This document shows positions 11,854 through 25,052 of a stretch of DNA of 64,000 bases, in pieces. The position numbers and the translations under genes were made by a program. The stretch is from Eledone cirrhosa (Eukaryota), in the NCBI GenBank assembly GCA_964016885.1, contig OZ024746.1, positions 3,162,001 to 3,226,000 on the forward strand. The letters run 5' to 3'. Numbering within the stretch: the first letter of the stretch is position 1; the number at the start of each line of letters is the position of its first letter. The notes beneath the pieces are model-generated. The model did no database searches, was not told where the DNA came from, and saw nothing but the letters and a program-made list of their open reading frames with translations.

Positions 11854-14274
11854 TTATCATTATGTAATGTCTTTCATTAAAAATATGGTAACAGAAGGGT
11901 TAAATGTCGGTTTACACTGGTTGCAGTTTCATACTCCCACAGTTAAAGTAAATTGAGCATTTATTGCAACATTTAGTTTTTAAGTACAATTCTAGCCTTA
12001 CACACTATAGCTTAATTTTCCTCATGTATTGCTTCCTTTAACTTTTCAGTCTCCTTCCTCATTCACCAAGCAGTGGGAATAGTAGCCTTTGGATTCAAAA
12101 CTACCTTAGTTTTTGCTAGGGGCCACCCTAACTAGTTTCAATGTGTGTCATGTCAGTAACAGTTAAACAAAAAAAACCGCAAAACCTTGAGAGTTTGCCT
12201 ATATTACTGGCGACTCACTGAAATTTCTTTTTATCTGCAACCTACCTAGTTGTGATGTTTTCTTTTTCAGCTGGGTTGGAGAAACATACGGGGATTTTGG
12301 TACCATAGAGCATAGCTTCGTTATATTTTTTCAACTTTTTCATCTATGTTTGCTGCTAATAAACCTCCTTCTTTCAAAATACTCTGATAACAAATCTGAA
12401 GCTGTTATTTTGTTTCCTTCTGCTAGTTACCTGCCTAATCTGAAAATATAAACAAACATTTATACTGTTATATTGAAATTATCTCGCCCACATCTTCTAA
12501 ACAAACTCTCTCTTTCTCTCACTGTTTCTATCTATCTATCTATCCCCTCCCCATCTCTCTCTCATTGATCTCTTCAGTCACTTCATTGTCTTGTGTTTTC
12601 CTTCTACTCTAGCTGTACTTAGTTTTCAAGAACCTTCTAGCATCTTATCTATTTTTACTATTTCCACATTTAATTTTGAATTGGTTTTCAATTTTGCTTT
12701 TTTTTTTCCTTTCCCCATTTGATATAAATCTTAATCCAGATGTTTTCTTTCCTATATTCTCATTGATTCTCTCATTCTTTCCACTAATTATTCCTATATT
12801 CTCATTGATTCTCTAATTCTTTCCACTATCTTTATTTTATAATCTCCCCCTCCACTATTCAACACATATTTCTATTTTCAACTGAATCAAAAGTTAATTT
12901 CTGTTTATTCTTACAGTTTCTTTTCTCGCTCAACAACTTTCTAGTGAGTTAATATTGATTTTTATTTTAAAATTGCTATTCAAGATTAGCATTGTGGTAT
13001 TCTAAACTAGTAGGCCTTTTGAAGCATCTCTCTATCTCTCTCTCTGGTTTTGTTTGGTTTGGTTTATGTTTATTTTTTATTAGCTTAGTGTAATCCTCTT
13101 TTTTTATCTTTGAATTCTTCACTTTTGATTTAAATTTTCTCCTCTGTTTATATAGCTATTAATTTTTCTAGTTTCAAGTTTGAGTGTATTTATATAATAA
13201 ATTATTTTATATAATAGATCATCTGGACGGTTATTGATATCCTTATTACTATTGAACAAAAAATAGCATTCTCAGTGTTTTTAGTTATGTTTTTATTATT
13301 ATTTTTAATATAAAACAGTAAAATGATATGGAAAGAATAATGGTGTAATGGTGAAATTGGTATCTGATATTAAAGAAATTGCTTCTATATTTTGTTTCCA
13401 TAAATAAAATAGTCCACTATAAAAAGTTTTTTATAGTAGTTATGGAGCATTAATTTAGATGAACCATTATCTATACGCTACTATAAAACCTTCTCCTCAT
13501 TTCCCTTCCTCATCTTAAGCACCAACACTGAAGTTAGACATTTTTCCTTTTTACTCTTTTCTTATTTTAATATATTTAAAGTTTATTACAAATTTTATTA
13601 TTATAGTTTCCACTTCTTAAAAAAACTGATATTTTGATTGAACTCTTAACGTCCTGTACCACACGAAACCACATTAACAAGACATTCTTGAAAAGTACAG
13701 AATGGTACTATGATTGCAACACATTAAAAAGTCTTTATTTTAATGTTATACAGAATTTCACAAAAATCTGTCTGCTAGTAAAGATAAAATAAACATTTGG
13801 ATTATCGAACCTGTTTTTAGATAATTTCTGCTGAAAAATTTTTGGATGATCAAGAAATCATCATCTTGTGTGTGTGTGTGTGGTAGTAGTGATTTCACTG
13901 TAATTCAATAACTGTTTCCTTAGCTTATGATGCTAAGGACAATTTCTCTTGTGGGCTTAATACCTCTAATGAAATACACTACTTATGTTTCAATTAATTT
14001 TGAAAATAACCAAACCGTTGGAGGAATTTAATAAAATAACTAAGTTTTTCATTAATAAGTTATTTAGAACATTTCTTTAAAAAAATGTCTAAAATAAAAT
14101 TATGATGAAAGGTTTTAATAAAAAGGATAAACATTTTAAAATGAGAAGCATTGTATCATAATTCCATGATAATTTCTGGCAACTTGATAGCTCTCATAGG
14201 TCACCACTGTGAGCATTGACAGCAATACAGTTTGTCATGCTGTGTGCTACATATGTCAGTTTGACATGAAGGTA

Positions 14275-14530
14275 GAGAAACAGTGCTTATCCTGGTTTTG
14301 TGGCACAAAGTGACTAATAGTACAAGACCCCCTCCTGGACAGGATGCCAGTCCATTTCGGGGTTAAACCCCCAGCTATTGCTGGTACTCATTTTCAGCTG
14401 AGTATACTGGAGTAACGTGAAATGAAGTGTTTTGCTCAAAAACACAACACACAACCCAGTTGAGGAATCGAACCCACAACATTATGATTGTAAGTCCAAC
14501 ACCCTTACCTCGAGGCCACGTGGCTCCACA
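14275..14530 (-). mobile_element. tRNA-derived SINE (CORE-like plus V-like middle)
   Basis: Reverse complement of the 30950-31230 element: B box GGTTCGATTCC, TTGAGCAAAACAC, GGACTGGCATCCTGTCCAGG. Confidence 0.75.
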
Positions 14531-14934
14531 CAACTTGTGATCTGAACAGGAATTAGCACATGCACAATCAACAAATGTTATATGTTGTATAAAGATGTTT
14601 ATGAACTAGTTCGCTATAGCAGATCATAATCTAAATGACTTTACCAGAGTTTGTAATAAAACCAGTGGCATCATGGTGGTTAGAGGCCAAATTACCTATA
14701 AGTAGTTCAAACTTCTTTCCTTGTTAAGATAAAAGGTCTTTATTCTGCTTATTGAGGCTTATTCATGTGGTATGGTGTGTAAGAATTGTAATAATTTACA
14801 CATAAAAAAAAAAGAATTATTCTGTTATATTCTTAACAGAAGATATTTACCCTTTGTACTTGTATAATGACTAGTTATTAGAACATTTTGTATGTTGTAG
14901 ATTAATAAGTTAATTTTGTTTCATTAACTTAGTG

Positions 14935-15260
14935 AAACCAGCCAAACTCATGGATGTTTCCAACCACCTTCTTGGGGGTCTACCCCTAGGTCTCCTGACA
15001 GTTGATTTTTGCCTGTAAAATCTGTCAATTCTTTCTTGAGACAATCTAACCACATATCCATAGTATCGGAGCTCTGATCTCCGAGCTATACACTCTGAGT
15101 AACATTACTCCAAAGACCCTTTGGAGGAACCCCATTTTGGCCACTTATATATGCAGTCCCATTTTTTCTGTCATTACCCAAGATTCATGACCATTGGTAA
15201 GGGTTGTCACAAATACTGAATTAAAGAGAGTGAGTTTGGCTTTTACACCTACCTCCCTTC
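14935..15260 (-). mobile_element. Degenerate RTE-like LINE 3' coding fragment
   Basis: Minus strand gives RSELRYYGYVVRL...RGRP-like sequence, similar to 34085-34260. Confidence 0.5.
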
Positions 15261-16209
15261 TTATTACTGAATGTTGATTACTGATTACATAATGAAATTA
15301 GGTGTTTTTTTTAATCCCTTATTTGCATAAAATATTTTAGAGTGTACCTTTTCTTTCCATTTAAGTAAACTTCTTTTAATCTTCATAAAACTAAGCATCT
15401 TATCTTTAAAAACATTTAAAGTCATTTCTATTTTTTCTATCCTTTGAATTACAGACATAGTGAAAAGCAGAATGAAAGAGAGGGAAAGAAAGTGAAAGAA
15501 AGAGAGAGAGAGAGAGAGGAGGGGCAGTGAATGAGAGTGTGATTACTGTTATTTCATGTTTTAGTTTTTCTTTTGTAACATTAATTTCATTTTCCATTGT
15601 GTGGTTAGATTAGTTATTATAGCCATTACTTGCATATTCTCTCTCAAAGAGAATTGAAATATCATTAGATTCTTGATATTTTCAAACTGAATGATTTGAT
15701 CAAATTTCTATAGAAATAATCTTTATTCTAATCAGTCACCTGTCAAGTATATTTTCTCTTTAAAACTAGATTATTCTGCTATAGGAAATCTGCATTGCTT
15801 TCTAGATTTGTGATAACTGTTATGTTCGCACATTGTTACCAAAAGTAGTTTATCATAAAATTAGTTAAAACAGTGTTAATTAACATATTGTATATATAAA
15901 GCTCAAATATTGGTTATGTATTAGCTATTGATTTTATTTTGTTCATGTGGTTATTAAACTATATTCATGAAAGCTATTTGAAAGAAAAGTTGTGCTACAA
16001 AAGAAATCGGAAAAAATTCACTTTGGGTGTATTTCTATAGATGTCATTTTGAAACATCATACGTATTGATTTTATATAGAAAAATAAAATCGAAGAATTT
16101 TGTTTACCTTTAAAGTTTAACCCACATAAAATGTTTGTAACATTTTAGGTGCCGGTAGACAAATATGAATAATTAAATTGTTGAAAGTAATGTGAAAATC
16201 AGTCTTTAA

Positions 16210-16418
16210 CCCTTTCATCACATCTCTAATGAAATACACTCTATGTTGATTAATTAATGAAGAATTTTGAACGATTTACTAAAATTACTAATTATTTCAT
16301 TACTTAACTTAATATAAAATTATGTTGGAAGATTTTAATTTAAATTGGAAACCTTTAAATTGGGTGACTTTATTTCATAGAACCAGAGCTGGGTTTGGGC
16401 CTGGTTGGTAACAAAAGC
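16210..16418 (-). mobile_element. piggyBac-like MITE, family B
   Basis: TTAA|CCCTTTC start. Reverse-complement homology to 43595-43839. Other copies near 13940, 33060, 47950, 51600, 52010 and 56465. Confidence 0.65.
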
Positions 16419-16686
16419 GTTTAAAAATTATGCATATTTACCTATGAATTCTCTCTCTCTCTCTCCCCCTCTCTCTCTCCCCCTCTCTCTCTCTCTCTCT
16501 CTCCCTCTCTCCCCATCTCTCTCTCTGTGCCTGGTGGTGTCTGGTTACAATCCATGTTTTGAGTTCAAATCTTGTATGTTTGTAATCAACTATAAGCCAT
16601 ACACACACCTTATGACAATAACATAGTAGCAGGAAAGAAAAACAGTTCCTATTGGCAAACTTCTTAAAATACCATTCAATCTTTAA

Positions 16687-16894
16687 CTCTTTACCATTTA
16701 CATTACTTTATATATACTATTGTATTTTCACAGTAAAGTCTTTACCTCACATAATATTGAATCTATGAAATTTTGATATTATTTATTCTGAGAACAATAC
16801 CTTAACATAAGTATAAGCAGCCAGTTATGGCCTGTTTAAGCAGAAAGAGGTGAGAGAATTCTGGCCGAATATGGTCGGTTTAAATGCTAAAGGG
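16687..16894 (-). mobile_element. piggyBac-like MITE, family A (inverted copy)
   Basis: Reverse complement of 9919-10124; ends ATGCTAAAGGG|TTAA. Confidence 0.8.
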
Positions 16895-17744
16895 TTAATA
16901 GTATCAAATGCAACAGAAAAAACAATCTTGTGGCTACATAACTGTGGATTATGGATTACAGCAAATGGCTGCAGTTATTAAGCTTGTTGATTCTCAAAAA
17001 TAACTTATTTAAAAGTATTTGAAGTACCTAAACTTAGTACTAATTATATACATTAGGTATCTAATTTGTGCTCTATTGCTTGAAATTACAAAGTTGTCTT
17101 ACCTGCATAACATGAAAGGTGACTAAGTAGAAAACATGAGCCCAGCTTATGACAGCAAGGTTAGTGTCATAAAAGATATCTACTTTGAATGTCAAATCCT
17201 CAGAGAGAAGAATAATACAAAAGAGTTAAGGTGCAAACAAGGCAAACCACTTTTGAATGAGAGATATTTTTATATCTTGGAATTGTTGATATCTGACTCA
17301 GTTTTTATTAATGTCAATTTCATTGTCAGTCTCTCTATCACTGCCTCTCTTGTTCACACAAACCTACATGTGCACACACCTACACAGCTTAAATCTTGAA
17401 TATTGTACTGTTTTAACTCCTGAACCTACAAGGAACCACATTAGCAAAACATTTTTTGAAGAAAAAAACAGCACTATGACCGCATTGTGTTAACAATTGA
17501 AATCCTTACTTTAGTTTAACAATCTGTTTGTCCACTTGTGAAGATACTATAACCATTTGAGTTAACAACCTCGCTTTTAGATACTTTCTACTAAATCATT
17601 GAAGGATGTTAAGATTTAATATTGCTAGTCAGCTTAGGATTTTCGTGAACCATTTCATTACAGAAATAAATTTTTTTCACTTTTTTCCATTTTCTCAGAA
17701 GTATTTTTTATGATATTTTTCTTTTTTCTTCTTTCTACTTTCAG

Positions 17745-18061
17745 ATTGATGCATTGAATTAAGGAGAATGAAAACCTAGAAGATTCTGATCTATTTTTTC
17801 ATCGTTTGTCAGGGTGAATGTGAGAACTACATTATTAGCTGATCTTAAAATAGATACCAAAGGATCCCAATTATCCCACTCACTATCATTTTTTTTTCTT
17901 TAACTTCCAAGTAAAATTGCTGTTTAAATATTTTCTACCATGGAGCCATGCCTGGGAAATTTTAATCAAAATACCAGAAACCAGAAACCAATTACCACTG
18001 CTCTCCCCTAACAAGATGTAGTATTAGTAAAGGCCAAGGTGAGGTGGCCTAATTTCCTAAT
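17745..18061 (+). other. Probable 5' UTR portion of the first coding exon of p190 RhoGAP
   Basis: Long polypyrimidine tract plus TTTCAG acceptor ending at 17744, with no convincing splice site between it and the ATG at 18062. Confidence 0.55.
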
Positions 18062-18464
18062 ATGGCCAAAAGGACAGAACCACGGACCTTTAACATTAGT
18101 GTTATTGGTCTGTCAGGAACTGAGAAGGAAAAGGGCCTCACTGGTGTTGGCAAGTCATGTCTATGCAATCGGTTTATGCGACCATTAGCTAATGATTACC
18201 ACATGGAGCACATCTCTGTGTTAAGCCAAAGTGATTTTGGAGGCCGTGTGATTAACAATGACCACTTTCTGTACTGGGGGGAAATCTCCAAAACTGATGA
18301 AGGCGTTGATCACACATTCCATGTGATAGAACAGACTGAATTCACAGATGATGTGTCTTTTCAGCCATTTAAAACTGGTAAACATGAGCCTTATAGTAAA
18401 AGGTGTATTGGTACCAAAGTGCAATCAGCAGAAAAACTCATGTATATCTGTAAAGAACAACTTG
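18062..18464 (+). CDS. RhoGAPp190: p190 RhoGAP (ARHGAP35/ARHGAP5 family), coding exon 1: N-terminal GTPase domain
   Basis: [57 protein letters not shown] and [14 protein letters not shown] match the p190 N-terminus. Donor G|GTAAGT, phase 1. Confidence 0.95.
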
Positions 18465-18496
18465 GTAAGTATTCGCTTTTTATAATTACTCTCTTT

Positions 18497-18740
18497 ATCA
18501 TCATCATCATCGTTTAACGTCTATCTTCCACACTAGCATGGGTTTAGATGGGAATTGTCCCACGTGAGGCAAGATTGGTTGTCTTGCTCGTATAGGACTG
18601 TCTGGCGGGTTTTCTACGGCTGGATGCCCTTCCTAACACCAACCATGTTTACAGTGTGGACTGGGAGGTTTTTACCGTGTTGCCTACACGGCCACATTTA
18701 TTTAGGACTGGATGTTGTGGCACCAACATAACTTTACAGA
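18497..18740 (-). mobile_element. Bipartite RTE-derived non-autonomous element/SINE tail
   Basis: (CAT)n plus the reverse complement of the CCATGCTAG.GTGGAAG hairpin and the GGTGTTAGGAAGGGCATCC motif. Homologous to 50250-50503. Confidence 0.8.
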
Positions 18741-20260
18741 GAAAGGGGTGGTGTAGATGGAGGTGGGATGGGGGTGTATTTTTGGTTAGGAGATGCCTGC
18801 TGACTGTAGGTTTCACTTTGTACTTAGGCAAGGCCTTTATATATATATATACACATATATATATCATTTCATCATTTCATTTTACGTCCGCTTTTCCCTG
18901 CTTGCAAGGGTGGGACAGGAACTGATTCTGGCTTGATTTCTATATATATATATATATATAATGTTGTCTTGAAGATCAAGATGGAGTGTCAGTGTATTAG
19001 AATTCATGAGGAAAGCAGCAAAATGCTGTCAATGTTACACTTCTAGCCACTTATTTCTGTCCTTTGAGGTAATTTTTACCCAACACAGTCATCAACAGCA
19101 TTTTGCTGTTTTCGAACATGATGAGGTTGCCCCAAGATTGTGATTTACTGCCCAACCCATGCAGGTGTGGAAAGTAAAGGATGTAAAATGATGATGATGA
19201 TACCATGATTGAACTGTTGTAATTCTGTGATTGAGGGTTTTAACAGCTATTCTTGCTTTCAGTTTTTCTCATTATTCTATGAATACATATAGTTTCGTTA
19301 ACTGTTTTAATCCTCCTTTTGTCTGAAAGTTTTTTTTATAATAAAACAAAACAACTAAACTGTTTACATTCATTCACCAACACCGAATATGTTAGGATGT
19401 ATTCATACATTTTTGTAGCTGTAATTTTACAGTACTATGTCTACTTTCCAGCAAAATTGTGTTTTTCCCTGTAGGTTGATAAAATGAAATATCAGTCAAG
19501 TATTGATGACAATTAAATTAACTATATCATCCACCTAAATTTGAAGAGTCGTGTCTATGAAATTGTTATTATTGGCTTGGAAACGAAAGCCATGTCATAG
19601 CCATTTTAGCCCCTCTAAGATTGTTTGAAATGTTGAAGGTGTGTAGTTTGAGAAAAATTGTAGGTGTAAAAAAAAAAAAAAAATATGGAAGAATACAGGA
19701 GGATGTAGTTCAATGTGGTTGATGAAAAAAAAAATAGAAGAAATTCATTGTTTCTGTGGGCACTGTGTAGTGAAAAATTCAGAGTAGCTGACTGTAGCAG
19801 TAATGATAGCTGAGATAACAGATACATCTCAGTGATGTGACTGTTTAGAGAATGTTGATAAATATAGTTTGCCTGACAGGCATATGGCTTTTTCTTTGAA
19901 GCAGTTGAGAATGTGTGTGTGTATATACAAACTAAGAGGTATATTCCAGGTGTGTAAGTAGTATTATAAAGTAGGGTGTGCTTGTACCTTCTAAAAGGTT
20001 ACCAGCTGTTTGGGATCAAAATATTTTCTGGCTTTTGTGATGTAGTCTTGGGTAGATGCCATAAAGGTTATCAGAGATTAATATTTAGCATTTGTAAGGC
20101 ATGTGATAGATTGAGTGATGTATTCGCCATGAGTTATAGTGTAGTAATAGTAAAGTAGTATAGTTAATACAAAGCATTGTGGGATATGGAATAAATGACT
20201 GATAAGTTTCAGAAAGCTGGTAGAAATATATAAAGGGAAAAGGATGACAAATAAAACGTT

Positions 20261-21020
20261 TTACCCAGTATCACTTTCCCTGCAGATGAAAAAACCGTGG
20301 CTTTCTTTAGTGCAGGGGAAGAGGGCTTTCACTGCATGAATTGTCTCTAACTCAAAGTGATGAACCCAACACTCATTCTGTGTTAGGAAACGATCAAGGA
20401 AACCAGCTGGATCTGCTTCAAACAAAGTGAGTTTTTCCCTTGATGTGATCAGCCTGGTGTGCTTTTGATGAGGTGTTAGAAGACATGGCACCCACTGAGC
20501 AGAAACCTTTGTCATGCCAAGTTCATTGTGTAGAATATTGTCAACTCTCTCACAGGATATGCTAATGGCATTGGCATTGGCTATTTGTTTTATAGTTAAT
20601 TGCCTGTCATCCATTAACATGTTTTCCTGGGTGGTGGCAGTTGCGTGATATCCAGACCTTCCAGCAATCTTCAAGACTCTTCCTTCTCCTTCTAAATTCA
20701 GCTGCCCATTTTTTTTTGCACTGTTGATAGCTGGAGCTTCATCCCTTAATGTAGCAACCAAGTCAGCATGAATGTCCTTGTGGGCTAAATCCTTTTTCTG
20801 CGGGTACTTGATAACACCACAATGCCAAATTTTGTCCATTTTCAAAAAAAGTCTCTACTAGTTACTTTTGAAGTCGTCTTTGAGCAGTGAGATGTCAGTT
20901 TACCTGGAAAGAAACAATGCAGTTATTAATAAGAAGAGTTGAAATTAATGCATGCAAGATTTCACAGCACTAGCATCACTCCTTCATAGCCAGCCTATGA
21001 ACCTTTCAGCTCACCCATCT
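20261..21020 (-). mobile_element. Truncated mariner transposon (5' TIR + degenerate transposase)
   Basis: ORF 20261-20845 has a HTH-like region, WVPCLL (WVPxxL linker) and TQNECWVHHF (TGDExW-like). TIR-like GGGTGAGCTGAAAGGTTCATAGGCT at about 20992-21016. A segment of it recurs at 22360-22493. Confidence 0.85.
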
Positions 21021-21417
21021 ACTTTTACATCATAAATGATGTTAAGTTGTCTGCCATTGCCAAAGGCTCTTACAATTTATTCTTGTTTCTCCAAATTCTA
21101 AAATATGAGATCATTTGCTTTAGTCAGTCTCAAATGTAAAGACCCTGTGTTAGGAGTTGCTTTCTTTTTGCATAGTAATGAGTATAAAAGTTTTGTTTTT
21201 CTTCTCTTAGCCTATTAACAAAGTCTACCCTGTGTGAATGCATTCTTTAGTACCAATTAAACTGGTTTCACTAGTGTGACTATATATATATGTGGGTGTT
21301 TGTATATGTGTATGTATATATATTATGTATATGTGTATATATACACCTCAGAGGGCTGCTTCAGTTTTCTTTTTTCTCATAACAAAATCAGTTTAACTGA
21401 AAGTAAGTCACGGCCCT

Positions 21418-21462
<45 letters not shown>

Positions 21463-21463
21463 T

Positions 21464-21610
21464 GGAGGGGCGGCTGAAAAGTTCATGGACTGGCTATGAC
21501 GGAGTGATGCTAGATCTGTGAAATTTTGCATACATTAATCTAAACTTATCTTATTAATAACTACGTTGTTTCTCTATTTGGTAAGTCTATGAACTTTCCA
21601 GCCAACTCTC
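21464..21610 (+). mobile_element. Mariner-derived MITE (~150 bp), related to the 20261-21020 element
   Basis: TIRs GAGGGGCGGCTGAAAAGTTCATGGACT / AGTCTATGAACTTTCCAGCCAACTCTC. The interior matches the 5' end of the mariner. Confidence 0.75.
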
Positions 21611-22714
21611 TTATATATATCTGGAGCTAGCCGTTGAAATGGCAAGAGCTCAGCTGTCTGGTCCTAACTCTTTATAATATAGCCATACTCTACTACTGTA
21701 AGTATCAAGTACTCTGTTGAATAATGGTCTAACTAGTATCAAGCTGGTTCTATCCTGATATATATATATACATATATATACACACACAAAGTCCTATACG
21801 AGCGAGACACGGTCACCCAACCCAACTTGCCTCAAGTGGGACAAACCCGTCTAACCCCTGCTAGCGTGGAAGATAGCTGGTCAACAATGACAATGATGAT
21901 GATGATGATGCTATATATATCAACATATGAACAAGTTATCAATCAACTAATTGTCTCCTTCCTCTTCCTTATTCAAATGTGATTTTTCAAAACTATGTTG
22001 TTTCCTAGGATTCCAAACAGCTTGAATTTAGAAAGAGGACACTTATTTATATTTTGTTTCATTTTATCTTTCCTTAGATAAACACTTGACCTCCGACATC
22101 TTAATCAGATTGTTTTTTACTTATTTTTTCTTTTCCTTTTTCCTGTCAATTACTCTCATCCCACCCACCCCAGAATGTATTTCTCCCACCCACTCCAGAA
22201 TGTATTTCCTCAGTTGTACATCTTTTCCTGCTGTTTCAAACTATTTAGACTACTCCTCTTTGATTATTTCCGCCATACATCCCTAAATGCTGACCTAAAA
22301 GTTTGAAAACTTTAGTTACTTTGTTCACTTCACCATGAGACATTGTTTTGCAAACACACAAATTGTCTCTAACTCAAAGTGATGAACCCAACACTCATTC
22401 TGTATTAGGAAACGATCAAGGAAACCAGCTGGATCTGCTTCAAACAAAGTCAGGTTTTCCCTTGATGTGATCAGTCTGGTGTGCTTTTGATGACTTAGGG
22501 AGGGTGGGTCAGGGTTTAATACCTAAACTCACTTGGCACCTCAAAGTTTGTCAGCATTGGCTGCCCTTTCCAAATTCTGAGGTTATTATTGTTGTTATTA
22601 TTTTTTATATATAAATTTCACACAGCTTCATTGTTAAGATCTTAATAAAGAAGCTTATTGTTAAAACAAGATGTAATTTTGAAAATCCAAGACATGTTCA
22701 TAGTCCATGTTTAG

Positions 22715-22800
<86 letters not shown>

Positions 22801-25052
22801 TACTTCTTCCACCCTGTGTCTGCCTGTCAGTCAGTTTGTTTTTCTCCTTTACTTATAGATAGTTGTTGTGTACATGATCACAATTTCATATGATGTGTGT
22901 ATGTGTTAGTGGATTGCTAATAGAAATTACTTTTTGTTAAAAATCTGTTTAATCCAGATAAAGCCAAACCATTTTCCTTGTGGAAGAGAGGGAGAGAGAC
23001 ATCTTAATTTCATCAACAATCTCCATTGATTAAAACCAAACAACAAAAACTCTTGATGCATATTTCCATTGATACGGCTATTTACTAGTTTTTCAATAAC
23101 ATTCAACACTTAACTAGAATGATGGGGAATGAGAGTTTTTGATGAAATAGAAATTAATAGCTTATGTTTAAGGGAATATTCACAAACTATCACTCTTTTG
23201 TTTTCGTTTTCAGTTATTCTTATTAACTTTGTTGTTCCTTTGAATTTTCACATATTGTTTTTCCTCCCTCTTGTTATATTTGTTTTGTTTCTCAACTCTA
23301 TATTATTAATCTATCAAAGACATGTCTTGTAATAGCTGTCTCCCTCATCTATATTACTATTTTTCATATTTATTTGCTCCTTATTTTGTTGAAAGTATAA
23401 CAAATTGGATTGGGAAGTAAATACCCTATTATTCCTTTTTGTGTGAGATGAGAGAATATGTTCATGCATTTGAGTTATGGAGGATTTACTGCTTAGGTTA
23501 ATGTTGAGAAATTTATAGTTTAGGCTATAAAGGAAGCAAACACATTGCCCTTCCCCCACCCAGTTTCCCCACTTGATCAATATTTTTTTACATTCTTGTA
23601 TCCTCTTACTTCCACCAGTCATTCCCACAATTATTTATTCATCCAAATAGAGTATGAGATGCAAGCACTCTTTGCATCATTATAATATCTTAATGAAAAC
23701 TAGTGTAAACATGCCATCTTAAGGGTAGCTTGTTGGCAGTGATAAGAGCCTTTGTATACAGCAATTGTTAAGTGTGTGTTTTTCTGTGGGAGTAAATGGA
23801 GAAATAGATAAAGCTGGAGATGTAAATTACATGAAGGGTTGATTAGGGATCAGTGATATAAAGGATTCCTTGTTGGTTTGAAACGCCCATAGTTGTTGAT
23901 TGTTTGGCCCCATGTGAGCCTTGATTGAGTAGGCCTATGATCAAAGCTTTCTAGTTATGACTGTTGTTTTGTATCTCAGGAATTACATTCTCTAATGTAT
24001 CCTGCCATTTGAAGATGGAAGGATGTGATTTGATTGAGCTCTCACTAAAATGTGTAGCAGGATCACTTAGAACTCACCTCTAGCTTCATGTTATTGAATA
24101 AAAGAAACCAGCCACAGAAACTCTATATCTATATACTATGTTTTCTGTTTGTCTTTGTTTTTATGTGTATTGTTATTTAGCTTGCCTGCATAAATAACTC
24201 ACTTTTATGTTTGTGTAAATCTAAGTGCATGTGTGTCCGTGTGCATGTCAGTATGTATATTTGTGTAGGTAACCACATGTTTATGTAAATAGCTGTTGGA
24301 ATATTTATATATATTTATATTTGTCTATGTTTGTGTATAGATGCTCCAATGTTTGTCCACAACATCAAATCAGTCCAGTGTTGTGGTGTGAATTTCTATC
24401 TGGTGTCCCCACAAAAAATTGTATAGAGACAAGTATTTCTGAAATGTTGATATAGTAATATTGCATCATATGATATACTCTCGGATCTAGAATACCCCCC
24501 CCCCCTCCTATCTGTTCATGTTTTTCCTATAGTTTTAACAATGTTTTTTAAATATTATTTTTATGGAGTGGAAGTGATGTCTATAATTTATTCAGAATTA
24601 TTACCAACACTAAGAACTCACATGAGATAACTATTTTCTTTTTGTGTGTCATTTACTAAAAATTGAGGTCACCATTGCTGTTTTCTAGTCTTTTTTGCTA
24701 TTTAATAAATTTGTTTGATTAGATAATATACTTTGCTTGAATTCTGTGTGTGTGTGTGCGTGCTTGCATGCAAGTGTACAGATGTACCATAATTAATCTG
24801 GATTTGTCTATTCAAAAACTTCAATCTTTGTAATAATGTATTTTTGTTAGTGCTAGGTTGGTTGCTACAGTTGTGTGGGTGTGTCTGAAAATTATTCCAT
24901 ATCACATATTTTTCTTCTTTCTTTTTCTATTTGTACATTTCCTTCCGATGAATGCTTGCTTTGATTTCTCTTACTAGACACTCATATTTTAGATATGTAT
25001 TTTACATGCAAATACCATTTATGTTTGTGTTAATGTTTACTTTTATATAACA

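Noticed and set aside
18465-18517. ORF-track extension of p190 exon 1 ([16 protein letters not shown]), and similar run-ons at 61468-61523
   Set aside because: Read-through into introns. The canonical splice sites give the in-frame, homologous protein.
18995-19120. Inverted repeat AAAGCAGCAAAATGCTG / CAGCATTTTGCTGTTTT as another hammerhead
   Set aside because: A stem III-like hairpin follows GAAA, but there is no CUGANGA box or stem II.
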